In this document: positions 36,996 through 50,215 of the stretch, in pieces | Position numbering within the stretch: position 1 is the stretch's first letter | How the letters are laid out: every line of letters begins with the position of its first letter | NCBI GenBank assembly: GCA_951406725.2 | Contig: OX597815.1 | Coordinates: 24,242,001 to 24,306,000, forward strand | Direction: 5' to 3' | DNA: 64,000 nucleotides | DNA from: Octopus vulgaris | Taxonomy: Eukaryota | Translations under genes and position numbers: made by a program | The notes under the pieces: generated by a model | The model's database searches: none | The model's input: the letters and a program-made list of their open reading frames with translations, nothing else | Told to the model about the DNA's origin: nothing

Positions 36996-38539
36996 CAGTT
37001 AGCCGTGTTACTAGAGAAAGCATACTTTTGTCTTTTTATAAATATCCATTCTCATGAAGTATTTACTATTAATGGATAGTTCTTAGTGCATCTGCTGTTA
37101 ATCCATGTACGGGAGTAGCTCTCCTGCTATACTATTTGGTAATGGAAAGCTTTCTTATTGAACTCAGTTCTGTGAATCATTAAACATTAGTATGAACCAT
37201 GTTCTCATCCTTGTTTTCTGAGTATATTGCTTTAGTTGAAATATCAATTTGGTTTGTTTCCTGATTGTGAATCAGCTGCCTCTACTTCGTTATATTGTCT
37301 TTGAAATCCATGTTTATGCTTCAAAGGGATTGATTTGACATCATAGTTCACTGAAAAATTGGTTTTCTGAATGAAACTCTGCTGCTTTTAGCAAATACTA
37401 TACATTTTGTGGCCTGTTTTAAGCTATATTTCCTTACTCATTATCAAATTTGTTTTACTATGTTCATGATGTCGTTTCCGAAATGATTTACCACATGTCT
37501 TTAAACTGATCTGCCTATCTAATACATTATGCTGTTATGATATAGGACCTGAATAGTATCATTGGCATAGAAACTATAAACCATGTCGACAATGTAGATA
37601 GCCGGATTCACAAATTGATTTTAATCTTTTTTATAACCCCAATCAACTGATTTTCAAGTATCCTTTCTGTGTAATAATGAATATCAGTATGACCCAATTG
37701 GTGGAACTTTTAGATAACATTTGCCTGAGTTTAGTCTTCTATCTTATGACCTACTACAAATTATTTACTTTGTATGATTTCACGAATATAAAATCGCTAA
37801 TATAAACAAAACAACTGTTTACAAATGGTTAATGTAATTAATAATCATGACATGAATATTTTAGACTGACATACTTCATTCTCCAAGAGCTTTACACTAT
37901 TTGATTATTTTGTAGCAGGTTTGCAAAAGAATTGTGACCAACCTCTAAGCAAATATTGGGATACATTACACTTATCTGGTTCATGAATGATTTTTCTGTT
38001 TCATACAGCCACATTGATTGATCATGAATGGTGCGTAATTAGATTGGTGCAATGTTCTGTTTGTTCCAAACAAAATACTAGTTAATTAAAATCTTAGAAA
38101 GTAGGATAAACTTATTAAATATGTATAGATAATCTCCATGAGTGTGAAGGATTTGAGGTTGGAATCATGTAAATCTGCAAATATAAATACTGTCACTTTT
38201 AATAAGACATTTACAATAAATATTTGAGAAAAGAAGAAAATGTTATTCTAAGTTAATACAATGTACGTGCAAATAATTTGCTAGAAATTTTTAGGACCAA
38301 TCACCCCCTTTTCTGTCGCATGCTGAATTTGGTGGGCAGTGCATTAGTTGGTTTATCATGTGACTTTTTGACATAATTTTTGTAGCAACAGGATATCAGA
38401 TGGACCAGATATATCTACCATGATACTTGTTAAAATTGGAATAAAATTTAGAAGAAAAAGAACATCATTGGATGTAAAATACTGGAAAGCAGACACTGAG
38501 TACCATTGTTTTCGAGATGCTTGGATACTAGATTACTTC

Positions 38540-39800
38540 ACCATGGAGCATATTGGGAAATCAGTTTCATTTATCCTGAAAATGTTGCTATGAAGAAGGT
38601 GGCAAATATCGGACGATATTATGAAACACCATTGTGGATATTTTAACAGCAAAGAATGATGAAGTTGTACGATTTAAGGCTGGCTTTTTCTCTTTTTTTT
38701 TTTTTGTGTTAGACAAAGTGAAAAGGGCATCTTCACGTCAGCCGCAAAATCTTACAATGTGCTGCAGAAAAGATGAAACTTTTTACAGATAGAGAGTTTG
38801 TCAAAGATGTTTACTTGTAGCAGTGAATATAGTTTATTCTGCAGAGAAAAAAAAATAATAAAAAGAAAGAAAAAGTCTTTATTTGCATCTATCAGGCTAT
38901 ATGCAAGAACAGTCACATGATGAGTTGAAGAACTGAGAAATGTCAGCAGATGTTAAAACTTGTTTAAAGCATGCTTACAATGTATTGCGATTTTCTTTTT
39001 TCTTTTCGTTTTTTTTTTTTTTTTAATTGTGTTTGATGAGAGTAGGAACTTAAGGTTCTGTTCAACTTGTAGGGTTTGTGAGGAGAGTGGCCTTAAATTT
39101 TAGAATTTTTGAAGAGGTTATTCAAATAATTTTTACAGAAGGTTAAGTTACTGAAGCAGATATTTGTTGAAAATCATGTCAGAAATAAACACGATATGTT
39201 GATGCTAAATGGCATCATAAATAATGAGGCAGAAAAATGTATCATTGACTTTACATCCAGGGAAAATTGTATTAGAAATTGATTAAAATCTATTTTGTTA
39301 TACATCAAGAGGTATTATGTGCATAGTCTTTGAAACTAGAGAACATTATAGATATTATTGTGAAGACAGTGAATCAGATCTTATTTGGTAGATTAAATCT
39401 ATCAGTTTCACCAGCTTTTGTTGGATATGAAGGCAAAATATAGTCATGGCTAGTTTCTGCAATGAAGAATGTAGTAAAATAATATTGTCATTATTAATCT
39501 GATGTTTGAAATTTCAATGGAAAGTTTTTAGTTCACTTCAAAACAGAAAGCTAGTATCAGACAACCTGAAGTAGTCCCAGGTATTTTACTCCATTTTAAT
39601 AAAAGGGTTAAGTGAGCCATGAAGTAGCAGCAATAATCATTGAAAGCAAAAATATGAATGCTATACATTTTCATGATCTTGATTGGCTGCAGCCTTAGAA
39701 TTTCTTGTGGATATTACATCTCTTTTAAATAACTTGAACTTACTATGTCAAAAGAATAAAAAATGAGCTTTTACTTGAAATATATGGTCTTGTTTTAGCA
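38540..39800 (+). mobile_element. Heavily decayed hAT transposase (Charlie/Buster/SPIN, GTF2IRD2-like)
   Basis: Translated islands FTDREFVK, ARTVT**VEEL, FDES...SVQLVGFVR, IHQEVLCA*SLKLENIIDIIVKTVNQI and LEFLVDITSLLNNLNL occur in the hAT order. Confidence 0.75.
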
Positions 39801-40517
39801 TTTGAAGGAAACTTGGAATTATCAATGTCAAAAAGGAAATTGCACTTATTTTCCAACCTTTCAGAAAAGTAAAGTACAGGTCTAGGAATTCTTGTGAATA
39901 TGAGCCAAAAATTAAGTTTCCATCATGACCCATTTTATTGATTTTTTTGTTTTTGTTTTCAATAGTTTGTAATTCCGTCAACTGATAGCTTTATTGGAAG
40001 TTAATTACATCATCATACCATCATTGGTAAATTCATTGTCGTCCTTTTTAATCCATGGAGCAAAAACAGTGCTTAGCATTATTTACATAGTAAATATGTA
40101 ATTTCATTAAGAAAAGAAATTCAGTGATAGAAAATCCCATCATACAATTAGAACATTTTAAGTAATCTTGAAAATGGTACCTCAAGAAATGACATAATAT
40201 TCAAAAGCCATATTGCCAGTGCAGAAATTACACTTAGTGAAAAGAAATATCAATATAATGCATGCAGCAATTCAATGCAGCATCAAGGAGTATAAAAATT
40301 GCAAAATAGTGGCTTATTTAAGATGCATTGCTCATAGTTTCTCTTTTAGGAATGTTTTATTCTTTCCCTAAATGAAAATAGTTTTGTCATTGCTTTTTTT
40401 TTATGGATTCCATTTTTGGATATATAACTATATTTTAATGTATAATTTGAGTACATTTAATAATGCTTTATCTTTGAATTTTTTAACATTGGTAATGGAA
40501 TGCAATATATTTGCTGT

Positions 40518-41148
40518 CATTGAAGAAGGTGTGATATACATGAGGAATATTTGAAGGATCTTGGGAATAGGAAGTTCGCTAGCAGTCCCCAGCTGCATGT
40601 ATACCCCTGTTGGGAGAACGTCTTTTTTGCCGTAGATTTTCCACAGACGCAGGGACAGGAGTCATGGTCAATGAGGGTGGAAAATATTAAGCGACTAGAA
40701 TCATTCGCTCACCTCTGTCTACGCCGCATTCTTCGTGTCCAATGGCATCACTTTGTCTCCAACAATTCGGTGCGACACCAGTGCAAAATCACCTCCCTCC
40801 GACAAGTCATCCTAACGAGACATCTGCATTGGCTGGGTCATGCCCTCCGTCATCAACCAGGAGAATTCATCTGCGAAGCAATTGCCCCAGCTCCCTTTCA
40901 GGGTTGGTGAAAGCGATGTGGTGGACAACGAAAAACCTGGCTGATGACGGTCAAGGCTGATCTGGAACCCAACCTAGGCCCCCATACCTACGGCGTTCAC
41001 CGCTGGAATAAGGAATGGTTGGAGATCACGCGGTCGTTAGCCTCAAATCGCCAGGCCTGGTTGGCATTTGTGAGAGATGCAGCATTGAGGATGAATGAAG
41101 CCAGCTCAACCCACCCTGGGTGAATGCTGTAAAAAGAAAGAAAAGAAG
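40518..41148 (+). mobile_element. 5'-truncated RTE-clade LINE (second family) with 13-bp TSD
   Basis: ESWSMRVENIKRLESFAHLCLRRILRVQW...LHWLGHALR...GGQRKTWLMTVKADL; A-rich tail; TSD ATATATTTGCTGT at 40505-40517 and 41149-41161. Confidence 0.85.
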
Positions 41149-44100
41149 ATATATTTGCTGTGCAAATAAAAACTTTAATATTTAGTGATGTACCTACTCA
41201 GTAGACAAAAAGTATGACGTAAATTTTCCAACAATGTATTTGTCTTGATGATGAATTTAGTGAAGATATGTGATGTAAATACGGATGACGTATTCACTGT
41301 GTTGCCATGAATTAACTGGACTCTGAGTTTTGCTTGTATTTAACTGAGTTCAAACTATTTGCTACTCCGTTTGATCAAGTGCCATATGAATTTTTCATAC
41401 TTATTCTTTATTGTGATTAAAATAACTTTTACAGAAACTTGGGCCATATTGATTATATGAAATACGAGACCAATGGAAATACATTGAGCAAATGTGTTGG
41501 ATCATTGTTGCTTAGAGGGGAGACCCTGAAGTGATGAGTAATATATTACCTAAGTGTACAAAAGTATATACATATGTTACTCTACGTACACTTTTTTTTT
41601 TTGTAGTTTGATGAAATTTATTTATGCCATGCAACATTTTATCAAGCTTTATTCACTAACTTACAGTTAAAAGTATTTTAATATGCTGATTTTGTATTTT
41701 TTTTTATAAATATATAGGACAGTCTAAGATATGTCTACCATTTGGTATGAATGTAATTATTAGAATAATGTAATTGGTATTTTATCAGTTTTCTAAATAG
41801 AAGTGAAGATTTTATTAAATAATAATTACTAGATGCTTATGTTTGTTTCAAGTTTAAATTTGACATACCTCTGCAGTGTATTTCCTACATAGTTGCTCTA
41901 GGGAGTGACTTAATAGCTGACATTTTCATTGACAGAAAATACTTGCATGCCATCAAGTTGTCAGACTTGACAAATATTTTTCATATTCATTTGGCCTCCT
42001 CTTCCATTTGTTCCCCTCCCTCCTCTCTCTCTCTCTCTCTCTCTCATTCATTTACTCAAATATTACCTTAATTTTAAGTGTGCTGTTGTTATACTTGGCA
42101 GAATAGACAAAAAAAAAATTTAATATATAGCATTGTTTGTCTATAAATAAATTCTGTGCTTGGTGTATTAAATATTCACAGGCTTTATTCATACCCACCC
42201 CAGTAAGACCAACTATAGACGTAAGTTTAAAATGAGGTACTTTGTGATTGCCATTTTAGTGTTTTTCTACCAAGCTAATTCTCATCATTCATTAGTAGTA
42301 ATGTCTTCATAAAAATTGTACATTCATTCCATTTCAAACCAAGCTGTAGCTTGTCAGATTTTAAATACCAACAGACCTTCAACTAATGTCACCCCCTTCA
42401 TGGAGATATATGTTGTTTGCTCAGTGAAAAATGTAATGTTATTTATTTCTCGATCTAATTGTATAATTTAACACAGTTCTACTTTTTCTAAACTTTTCCA
42501 TACTCATTTGTTTGGTGGTTATAAAATCGTCTTAAATAATGACCAAATAGTACTGGGCTCCATTTTTAACAATGGTTAGCTATAAAAATAAATCTGAATT
42601 TCTGTTATTAATATTGTCTACTGATAATATTGTTTCGTATGTAAACGAAATACTTTTTTTAAAGTTTACTTTTATTAATTAAACTAATAAATTCTTAATA
42701 TTGGTTTTTAAAATCAAATCACTTAATAGGTTTCTATAATTTATAACGTAAAATATTTCAATTTGTGAGTGTAATAGCATTTTGTTAGTCACAATGCAGT
42801 CATACATAGGCAATTTAGTGTAAGCTAAAAATACAATGAAATATAAGTAAAAGCAGTTTGACCTAGTAATAACTAAGATAGTGAACACTTAGCTTAAGTG
42901 TAGAAGTTTTTAAACTGTCTTTTGGTCAATATAAAAAGTCTGCTAAAAGTATTTGATATTTTCTCCTTATGATTTGGTTATTAATCAAGATTTCTCGATT
43001 TTTTTCTTTGAAAATTTTTCACATATAAATTACTGTTTTAGAAATTTCTATGAAGTTCTTTTATCTATTATTAAAGTCTTTACCAACCAAGATCGTTCAT
43101 AAAGCTAGATTTATGTGGTGCAAAGTGGATGACAATTCCAAATATATAATTGTCAAAACTAACATCATAAGATTAGAAATACTGCTGGATGGAAAAAAAT
43201 TAAAAAATCGAGTACTAATATAGTGTGATGCAGCACAAAATTAATGTAATTTCTTTTTTTGTAAATGGCTGGTGATCATGGTTTGAAATTAATTTTTGTG
43301 TCTGTCTGTCTGGCATGGGTTGGATGGCTTGACCAAAGCTAGAGAGCTGCACCAGGCTTTAGTCTGATTTGGCATGGTTTCTATGGCTGGATGTCCATCC
43401 TAATGCCAAGTTACTTCTAAAAATAGTTTCATAAATGAAAACTGCAGTTAAAAGATAATGTAATTGTAACAATCTTCATGTGTCTTTATTAAGCTAAGGT
43501 TTCCTTTTCAAGTAATCATGAAGCAAAAGCTATATAGAGTTTCCTGGAAATTCTTTTTTAAAAGATCCTTACACCACAAGACATCTTACCACTAAATTAT
43601 CCAAATATATCTTCAGTTTAATTGACCATAATTATTAACATTTACAAAATCCTTCCACATTCTTTGTTCCAAGTGTATCTTTGTCTGTTTGCCTTTTACA
43701 ATTTTGAACAAAAAATGGGAATTGGTGAATCTCTGCAAGCACATCTATTGCTGTTAAGGAATTTCCAACTATCAACTAGTCAAAACAGTTTATTTCCTAC
43801 ATAATGGATTTGCCATTTACTAAAAGATAGTCATATAATTTTTAAAAAACTTTAAAATTTCATTAAGAGCACCTTCTTTCCTTGCTTAAGTGTGTTTTAT
43901 ACACATGATACCAAGGACATGAAAATAGCATGTTCTGTGCATGTAGTTGTTTAGATGTATGTGCAGCACACTTATTAGATTATCCTAGCAACCAGTCAAA
44001 ATCTCTATATATCTGTACTTGTATACTACTTCCCAACTTCAAGTGTTTGAATAATCAGTACAAATTATGGAAAATTATGATTCGAGAAGCTTCAGCTTAA

Positions 44101-44954
44101 ATATTTATAATAGTTATTTTATTGCTCTAGATTGAACAATGGTGAAGATAATTATATTTAAAATAGCAACAGTAATAAAAAGATGAGAGTGATAAAAGGA
44201 GAGAGATTAATAGATAACATTCACTTCAATGTACTCATGTAGTCATTTAGCATTAATGGAATTCTTTTGCTTTGATGTGAAAATGATTTTTTAGGACCAA
44301 GAAAAAACAGGATTTTAAAAATATTTTAATTTTTTTTACAAATGAAATTTTGGAAAGTGTCCTCATTTAAGAGTTTTTGAAAAAGTTCTTCTAAATATAG
44401 CTTTGTTGTGTTTTGTTGTAAGGACAGCAAAATACTCAAATTTTATCATATTACAACTGACACCCACAGCTCTCTGTTTGCTTCTGTTTATAATACTTTG
44501 CTGTAAACATTATTCTTTTATGCTTTTACTTGTTTCAGTAATCAGGCTGTGGCCATGCTGGGGCACTGCCTTGAAATAACTAGTCAAACAAACCAACCCC
44601 AGTCTGGTGTTTATTCTGTCAATTTCTTTACTTGAACTCTTAAAGAAACCAACTCTGGTTGTTTTGCAGGGGGTGGAGACAGAAAAACACACACACACAC
44701 ACATGATGGGCTTCCAAACAGTTTCTGTCTACCAAATTCACTCACGAGCTTAGGAGCTCTAGTAGAAGATACCCGCCCAAGATACTGGGCAATGGGATGT
44801 AAACCAGAACCATGTAGTTGCAAAACCCTTCCTGGTGCCAACCCTCACCTGTTTCCCAGCATGGTAATAATACTCTAGTCTATTAAACAATGAAGAATCC
44901 GGACATAGTTTCAAGGAAAACTGGAAGCAAACAACCCTGTTTGGGTGCTCCATT

Positions 44955-45342
44955 TACTCTTTTACTTGTTTCAGTCATTTGACTGCGGCCATGCTTGAGC
45001 ACCGCCTTTAGTCGAGCAAATCGACCCTGAGACTTATTCTTTGTAAGCCCAGTACTTATTCTATCGGTCTCTTTTGCCGAACCGCTAAGTGACGGGGATG
45101 TAAACACACCAGCATCGGTTGTCAAGCAATGCTAGAGGGACAAACACAGACACACACACATATACATACTCATACATATATACGACAGGCTTCTTTCAGT
45201 TTCCGTCTACCAAATCCACTCACAAGGCATTGGTCGGCCCGGGGCTATAGCAGAAGACACTTGCCCAAGATGCCACGCAGTGGGACTGAACCCGGAACCA
45301 TGTGGTCGGTTAGCAAGCTACTTACCACACAGCCACTCCTGT
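44955..45342 (-). mobile_element. SINE family A, full length, young (an older copy lies at about 44510-44820)
   Basis: Near-identical to the 1048 and 57742 copies; CpGs retained. Confidence 0.9.
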
Positions 45343-46036
45343 TTATAAAGATTGTGCAACATGTCAAGACTTGTCAAACCCTGATGTGCTTTTGCAGTGG
45401 ACTGCAAGCATACAACAGAGCCTGTATGAGCAGCAATGCTTTTGTTTACAAACATTGGTAGAAGACCACATTTTTTATTGGGAAGGGATGTAGTTGATTT
45501 GACACCAGTATTTAACTGGATCTTATTTTACCAAGCCTGGGGTGATGGAAGGCAAAGTCCACTCTGACAGGATTTGAAGTCTAAATGTAAAGAGACATAG
45601 CTAAATACTGCAAAATTTTATCTGGTGCTCTACCAATTTTGCCATTTATCGGGTTTTGTTTAGTGGAAAATATTAAAACAGATCTGGAACTTATTGATTA
45701 CTAGTTGAATGCACTGACTGATTAGGTAGGCTATAACTCATTTTGTTCAGAAAGCTTGTTCAGCAATTATTCCTTCCAGATTAATATTCTTTCTCTAGTT
45801 TGGTTTTTATCCAAAAAGCTTTTGCTTTTTAATTTGTTTTGGTATTTGTCAATATTGCAATTCCTGTTGTTTCTTCACGAATCCCATCCGTATTTTTCTG
45901 ATATGTAATGTCTGTGAAGTATTTTTTTATACAACCAGATATTTTGGGTATTTTTGTAGTCTTCCTGCTGTGTTCATAATGTTTGTTGCCAAAGGTGGAA
46001 AAAAAAAAAGTGACATAGATATAATTTTATCTTTGA

Positions 46037-46407
46037 CTAGCAGTATCGCCCGGCGTTGCTCGGGTTTGTAAGGGAAATAACTATATAAGCATTTTTAGAG
46101 AGTTATAGCCAAAAAATAACAAAAAAATGCATTAAAAATGGAAAAAAATGATGGTAAATTTTTTTTTAAATCGTTGACTCATCGTAGACATTTTTAGAGA
46201 GTTACTTCCCTTATTTAATAGCGAAAAAATGCATTAAAATGGAAAAAAATGATGGTAAATTTTTTTTAAAATTGTTGACTCATCGTAGACGCGCGCTAAT
46301 ACCCAGAAGGGCTCGATATGAATCACGACTGCACCGCGAAATGTGGGAGTAGTTAGGAATCTAAATCGTAGGAGACAGACACACAACTTCTCTTTTATAT
46401 ATAAAGA
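46037..46407 (-). mobile_element. Non-autonomous Helitron
   Basis: Minus strand reads A|TCTTTATAT...CCCGAGCAACGCCGGG (hairpin) CGATACTG CTAG|T: 5'-TC, 3'-CTAG, inserted between A and T, no TSD. Internal ~100-bp tandem duplication. Confidence 0.85.
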
Positions 46408-47307
46408 TGATCTGATCATCGTAAACCCCAAGATTTTTCGTAAGATTATCTGTATAAATGATGAGTTTTATGTAATTTTTTTTAACCAATGGGTAGGATG
46501 ACAGCAGGACTATCTGAACCATTTCTATTGCAATTATCATTGTAGTTGTTGCTGATGACAAACTGAAACTGACGAAAATAAGCAGCTCTATTTGTTCAGT
46601 TATTCACAAATCTATGACATGTGACTAGTTGACTTTGAATTGGATATCTCTACACATTTTTGAAAAGTAAGAGCTTCCATTTAAAAACATAATAGACAAA
46701 AGCACAAATATCTCCACAATTCAGTTCCTCTATTTAAAAAAAGATGGACCAACAAAACAAAAGAGTATATGTTGTTCAATCTGCTAGACATAACAGCCAA
46801 ATTACTCTTTTATTAATAGCCTATAGCCTTAAAGCCACATTGGTTAAATTAATCTTAAATATACACTATCTGAAATAGTCTGATGAATCAGTGCTGTCCT
46901 GGAGCTAAATAACAATCTATTAAAAAGAAATGCAAGAAAAAATCAATTTCACAAAGAAGTCACATTGTGTAAAATAAAAAAGTTCAACAAATTTCCTGGG
47001 AAGTGTTTTGAAGCATTTTAGATGTTACTCATGCATGGAAGACATTGTTGATGGTTTACATTTGTACTTAGATCAATGGCAATCAAACTGACTGACCCTA
47101 CCCTAAAAGAAAAAATTAACAAAATTTCTCTTTATTAATGAGAACACAAAATAGTTTGCATTCTTTTCTTCACAATGGTGTTGCACAAGCTTAAAATGTT
47201 TAAAACCACATTAATTTTATCAAACATAGTCCACCTCTTTTCAGTCTCCCTACCTAAGAGAAACACTGACTGAGATTATGACAAAGACATTTTCTTTTTT
47301 CTTTTAA

Positions 47308-47527
47308 CCCTTTAGTTACAGTATTTATTTTGCGATGCTCTGTGTTTCTTTCAATTACTTTAAATATAACAAAGATTTCAGTAAAATAACTTAGTTATCA
47401 TTCAGCTGATGTTAGGAACATAAATTGTGACTAAGGTTTGGTGGAAGATTTCAATTCAAAACTTATGAAAACAAGACATTTGTACTCAGAGCCAGAGCCG
47501 GTTTCAGCTGGGTTGGTAACGAAAGGA
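47308..47527. mobile_element. piggyBac-type MITE (family 1)
   Basis: TTAA at 47304-47307 and 47528-47531; homologous to the 5248 copy. Confidence 0.8.
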
Positions 47528-47691
47528 TTAATAGATTTATTTGCATTGCTGACCATTTTAGAAATGGAAAGGAATTGGCATCTACTGATTGAATTGTTGA
47601 TGTTCCTTACAATATGTACATACCTTTTATGTATTTCAGTCATTAGGCTATGACCATACTGGGGCACCATTTTAAAGGGTTTAGTTGGGGA

Positions 47692-48460
47692 AAGGGTATC
47701 TTGGGGAAATTTCGAACCTGGGTTCTCATTCCTAAGTATTTTTAGATGTTATTATCATTATTGGAATTGGACTTGGAATTTTGGAGTTAGTAGCCCGCGC
47801 TCTTAACCACTATGCCATATGCCCGTGAGCAATTATAGAGTTAATTTTAGGGCTTATAAATTTAAGTTTCCTATCCTTTCTTAAGACTGGTTCCCATATG
47901 CTATTCATATCTCCACTCGGTCTGCTTAGGAGGTTATTATGTCCTACCATATGTGTTGTTTCTTTTAGTTTTCATATTTTCCAGTGGTGTTTTCTGTCTA
48001 TTATTTTAGCTTCATCCCACAGGGGGAGGTGGTCTCCATTTTTCCATACATGATCAGCTATAACTGATTTATCAATATCTCCTTGTGTCACAGCTTTGCG
48101 ATGTTCCTCTACCTTTATTTTGAGGGGGCGGCATGTTTTGCCTTTGTATAATCTACCACAGCTGCTTGGGATGAAAATATCTCCTTCGAGTAAAACCACC
48201 AATAGAAGAGAATATGACTAAAAACTGTACTCCATCCCATGTAGCTGTGGTAGATTCCAGGCAGTGACCTGAATAATAATAATAATGATAATAACAGCAT
48301 CGAAAAATACCTTAGGAATGAGAACCCAGGTTCGAAATTTCCCCAAGACACCTGATGATGGCTGGAGGGTATATCAGCCGAAACATTGTGTTAACACCAA
48401 ACAAGATGAGGACAAATATCCATCAAATCTAAATAATGTACATAATTCCTCATCACTTAA
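47692..48460 (-). mobile_element. Penelope-like element: GIY-YIG fragment with an inverted pseudo-LTR, nested in a family A-like SINE
   Basis: ORF 47972-48202 (-) IPSSCGRLYKGKTCRPLKIKVEEHRK...KSVIADHVW is GIY-YIG-like. 47692-47762 is an inverted repeat of about 48280-48352. SINE halves lie at about 47630-47690 and 48480-48805. Confidence 0.85.
48347..48392 (+). ncRNA. Minimal type I hammerhead ribozyme motif (Penelope pLTR), probably inactivated
   Basis: GACAC-CTGATGA-T-GGCTG(gagggtatat)CAGCC-GAAAC-ATT-GTGTT: core boxes, stem II and stem I are present. The stem III palindrome AACGTT appears mutated to AACATT. Confidence 0.7.
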
Positions 48461-48597
48461 AGCTGTATTAGAGCTGTATTAAATTGATCTTAGTACTTAT
48501 TTTTGAAAGTCTGGTACTTATTCTATCTGTCTCTTTTGCTGAACTAATTTGCTAAATTAAGCCAACACTCATTGTATGGTGATGAGGGAACCACGTG

Positions 48598-48649
<52 letters not shown>

Positions 48650-49603
48650 GGTGTGTGCTCAACTGGCTTCCAAAATTTCTGTTTGCTTAATTCACTTGCA
48701 AGGTATTGGCTGGTCTGAAGCTATAGATGATACCTGCTAAAGGTGTACAATGGAACTGAACCTGAAACCACATAGCTGTAAAGTGAGTTTCTTAATGACA
48801 CAACCAACTAATTTTATAATTTTTAGATAATCTTTCTTTATATGAATTTATCAGTTTCTCAACTTCAGCTCATCTTACGGAAATTAATTTTGGGAATTTA
48901 CATTGTTCACAATTGATGACCATTTATTTATAAGGTAACAAAAAGTGATTAGTTTTTTTTTTTTTTTGTTTCTTTTGTTTCGTTTTGATTATGAAATGCG
49001 AGCAGGAAAAGCAGATGCTGGAAAGAAATATGAATTTGTGTTGTCAAAGATGACATGTAGTAATTATCAGATGTGGACATGCAATCAATAAGCTGTCTAT
49101 GTTCTCACAACAAATGATAAGGAATGTTTGGGTTGGGACAAGATGACAAGACATGAAATAGCTGAAGAGTAATCAAGAATAATGCCATAATAAATGTTTA
49201 TTGTAAAATATGATGGAAAGAAACAGCTTTTAAATAACAGTATTTATTATAAAATAAATATTGTTAGTATTAGAAATTTTAAAATACATGATTTATAGTT
49301 TCCTCTTCATTATTATTGATTTAAAGATAAATCTTTTCAAATGTAGAGTTTTTAGAATAAACTACATTTAGTGTGACACTTGTAATATCGTGAATATTTT
49401 TGGCATATTTCTAATAAGTTTATTAAGACTGGTGTAACAGCTGAACAAGCCCAGAAAAGTTAATACCTTTCAAATTTGTTTTCATGAATCAGTTTATCAT
49501 TAATTTTCATTTTTTTCAATTCACATACACACACACACACACACGCGCACACAGATTGATTTACTTAACAAACTAAAACTTTTGGAATCAATAAAATTAG
49601 CTC

Positions 49604-49820
49604 AACCTTTTAGTATCTAGATCACTGTCAAATGTAATGCTTATTTATTTACAATGTTTTGAATTAATTGTGCGTAAGCTTTGGGTTTTTAATGATGTGA
49701 TTGTTATTTTTTAGAATAACATGGTAGGGTAGGTGTGAGAGGCTGGATCTGGCTAGTTTGGACATAAACCATGTACACTCTTTGGACTGGATATGACTGG
49801 TTTAAATACTAAAAGGTTAA
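49604..49820. mobile_element. TTAA-type MITE (family 2)
   Basis: AACCTTTTAGTAT...ATACTAAAAGGTTAA inverted termini. Confidence 0.6.
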
Positions 49821-49829
49821 GGGCACATT

Positions 49830-50215
49830 ATTACTGATAACCTCTTGTGGCATATTCTCAAAATTGCATCTCAAAGACTAGGTTTTTTTCCCAGAAAATA
49901 CTTCGTTTCTGATCGCTTGATACTGTGCAAAACAAATTTAAGAACTTTCTTGGAATATTGCTTATATAACTGGAATGTTGCTGTTATTACACACTTACAT
50001 CTCATACACCATCTAGAAATCCATCAGGCCAATTGGCAAGGATTCAGTCACCAATGTACTGTGCTTGCTCCCAGGCATAGTGTTACTACACTGTCCTCTG
50101 CTCTTTCGAACTAGCAAGCTGCTAATCACCTTCAGTCTGGCCATTCCAGCTCTCATCATCCCTACTGCCCTTCTTCCTTTAATCTTGTACTTAATGCTTT
50201 GTCCAATCATTTTTA
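49830..50215 (+). mobile_element. 3' fragment of the CR1-like LINE family
   Basis: WHILKIASQRLGFF...LEYCLYNW, homologous to about 29245-29400. Confidence 0.5.

Noticed and set aside
4831-37057. Recurrent small ORFs containing LQLDALPNANHS as a possible peptide gene family
   Set aside because: All are antisense translations of the family C tail, with inconsistent starts and frames.
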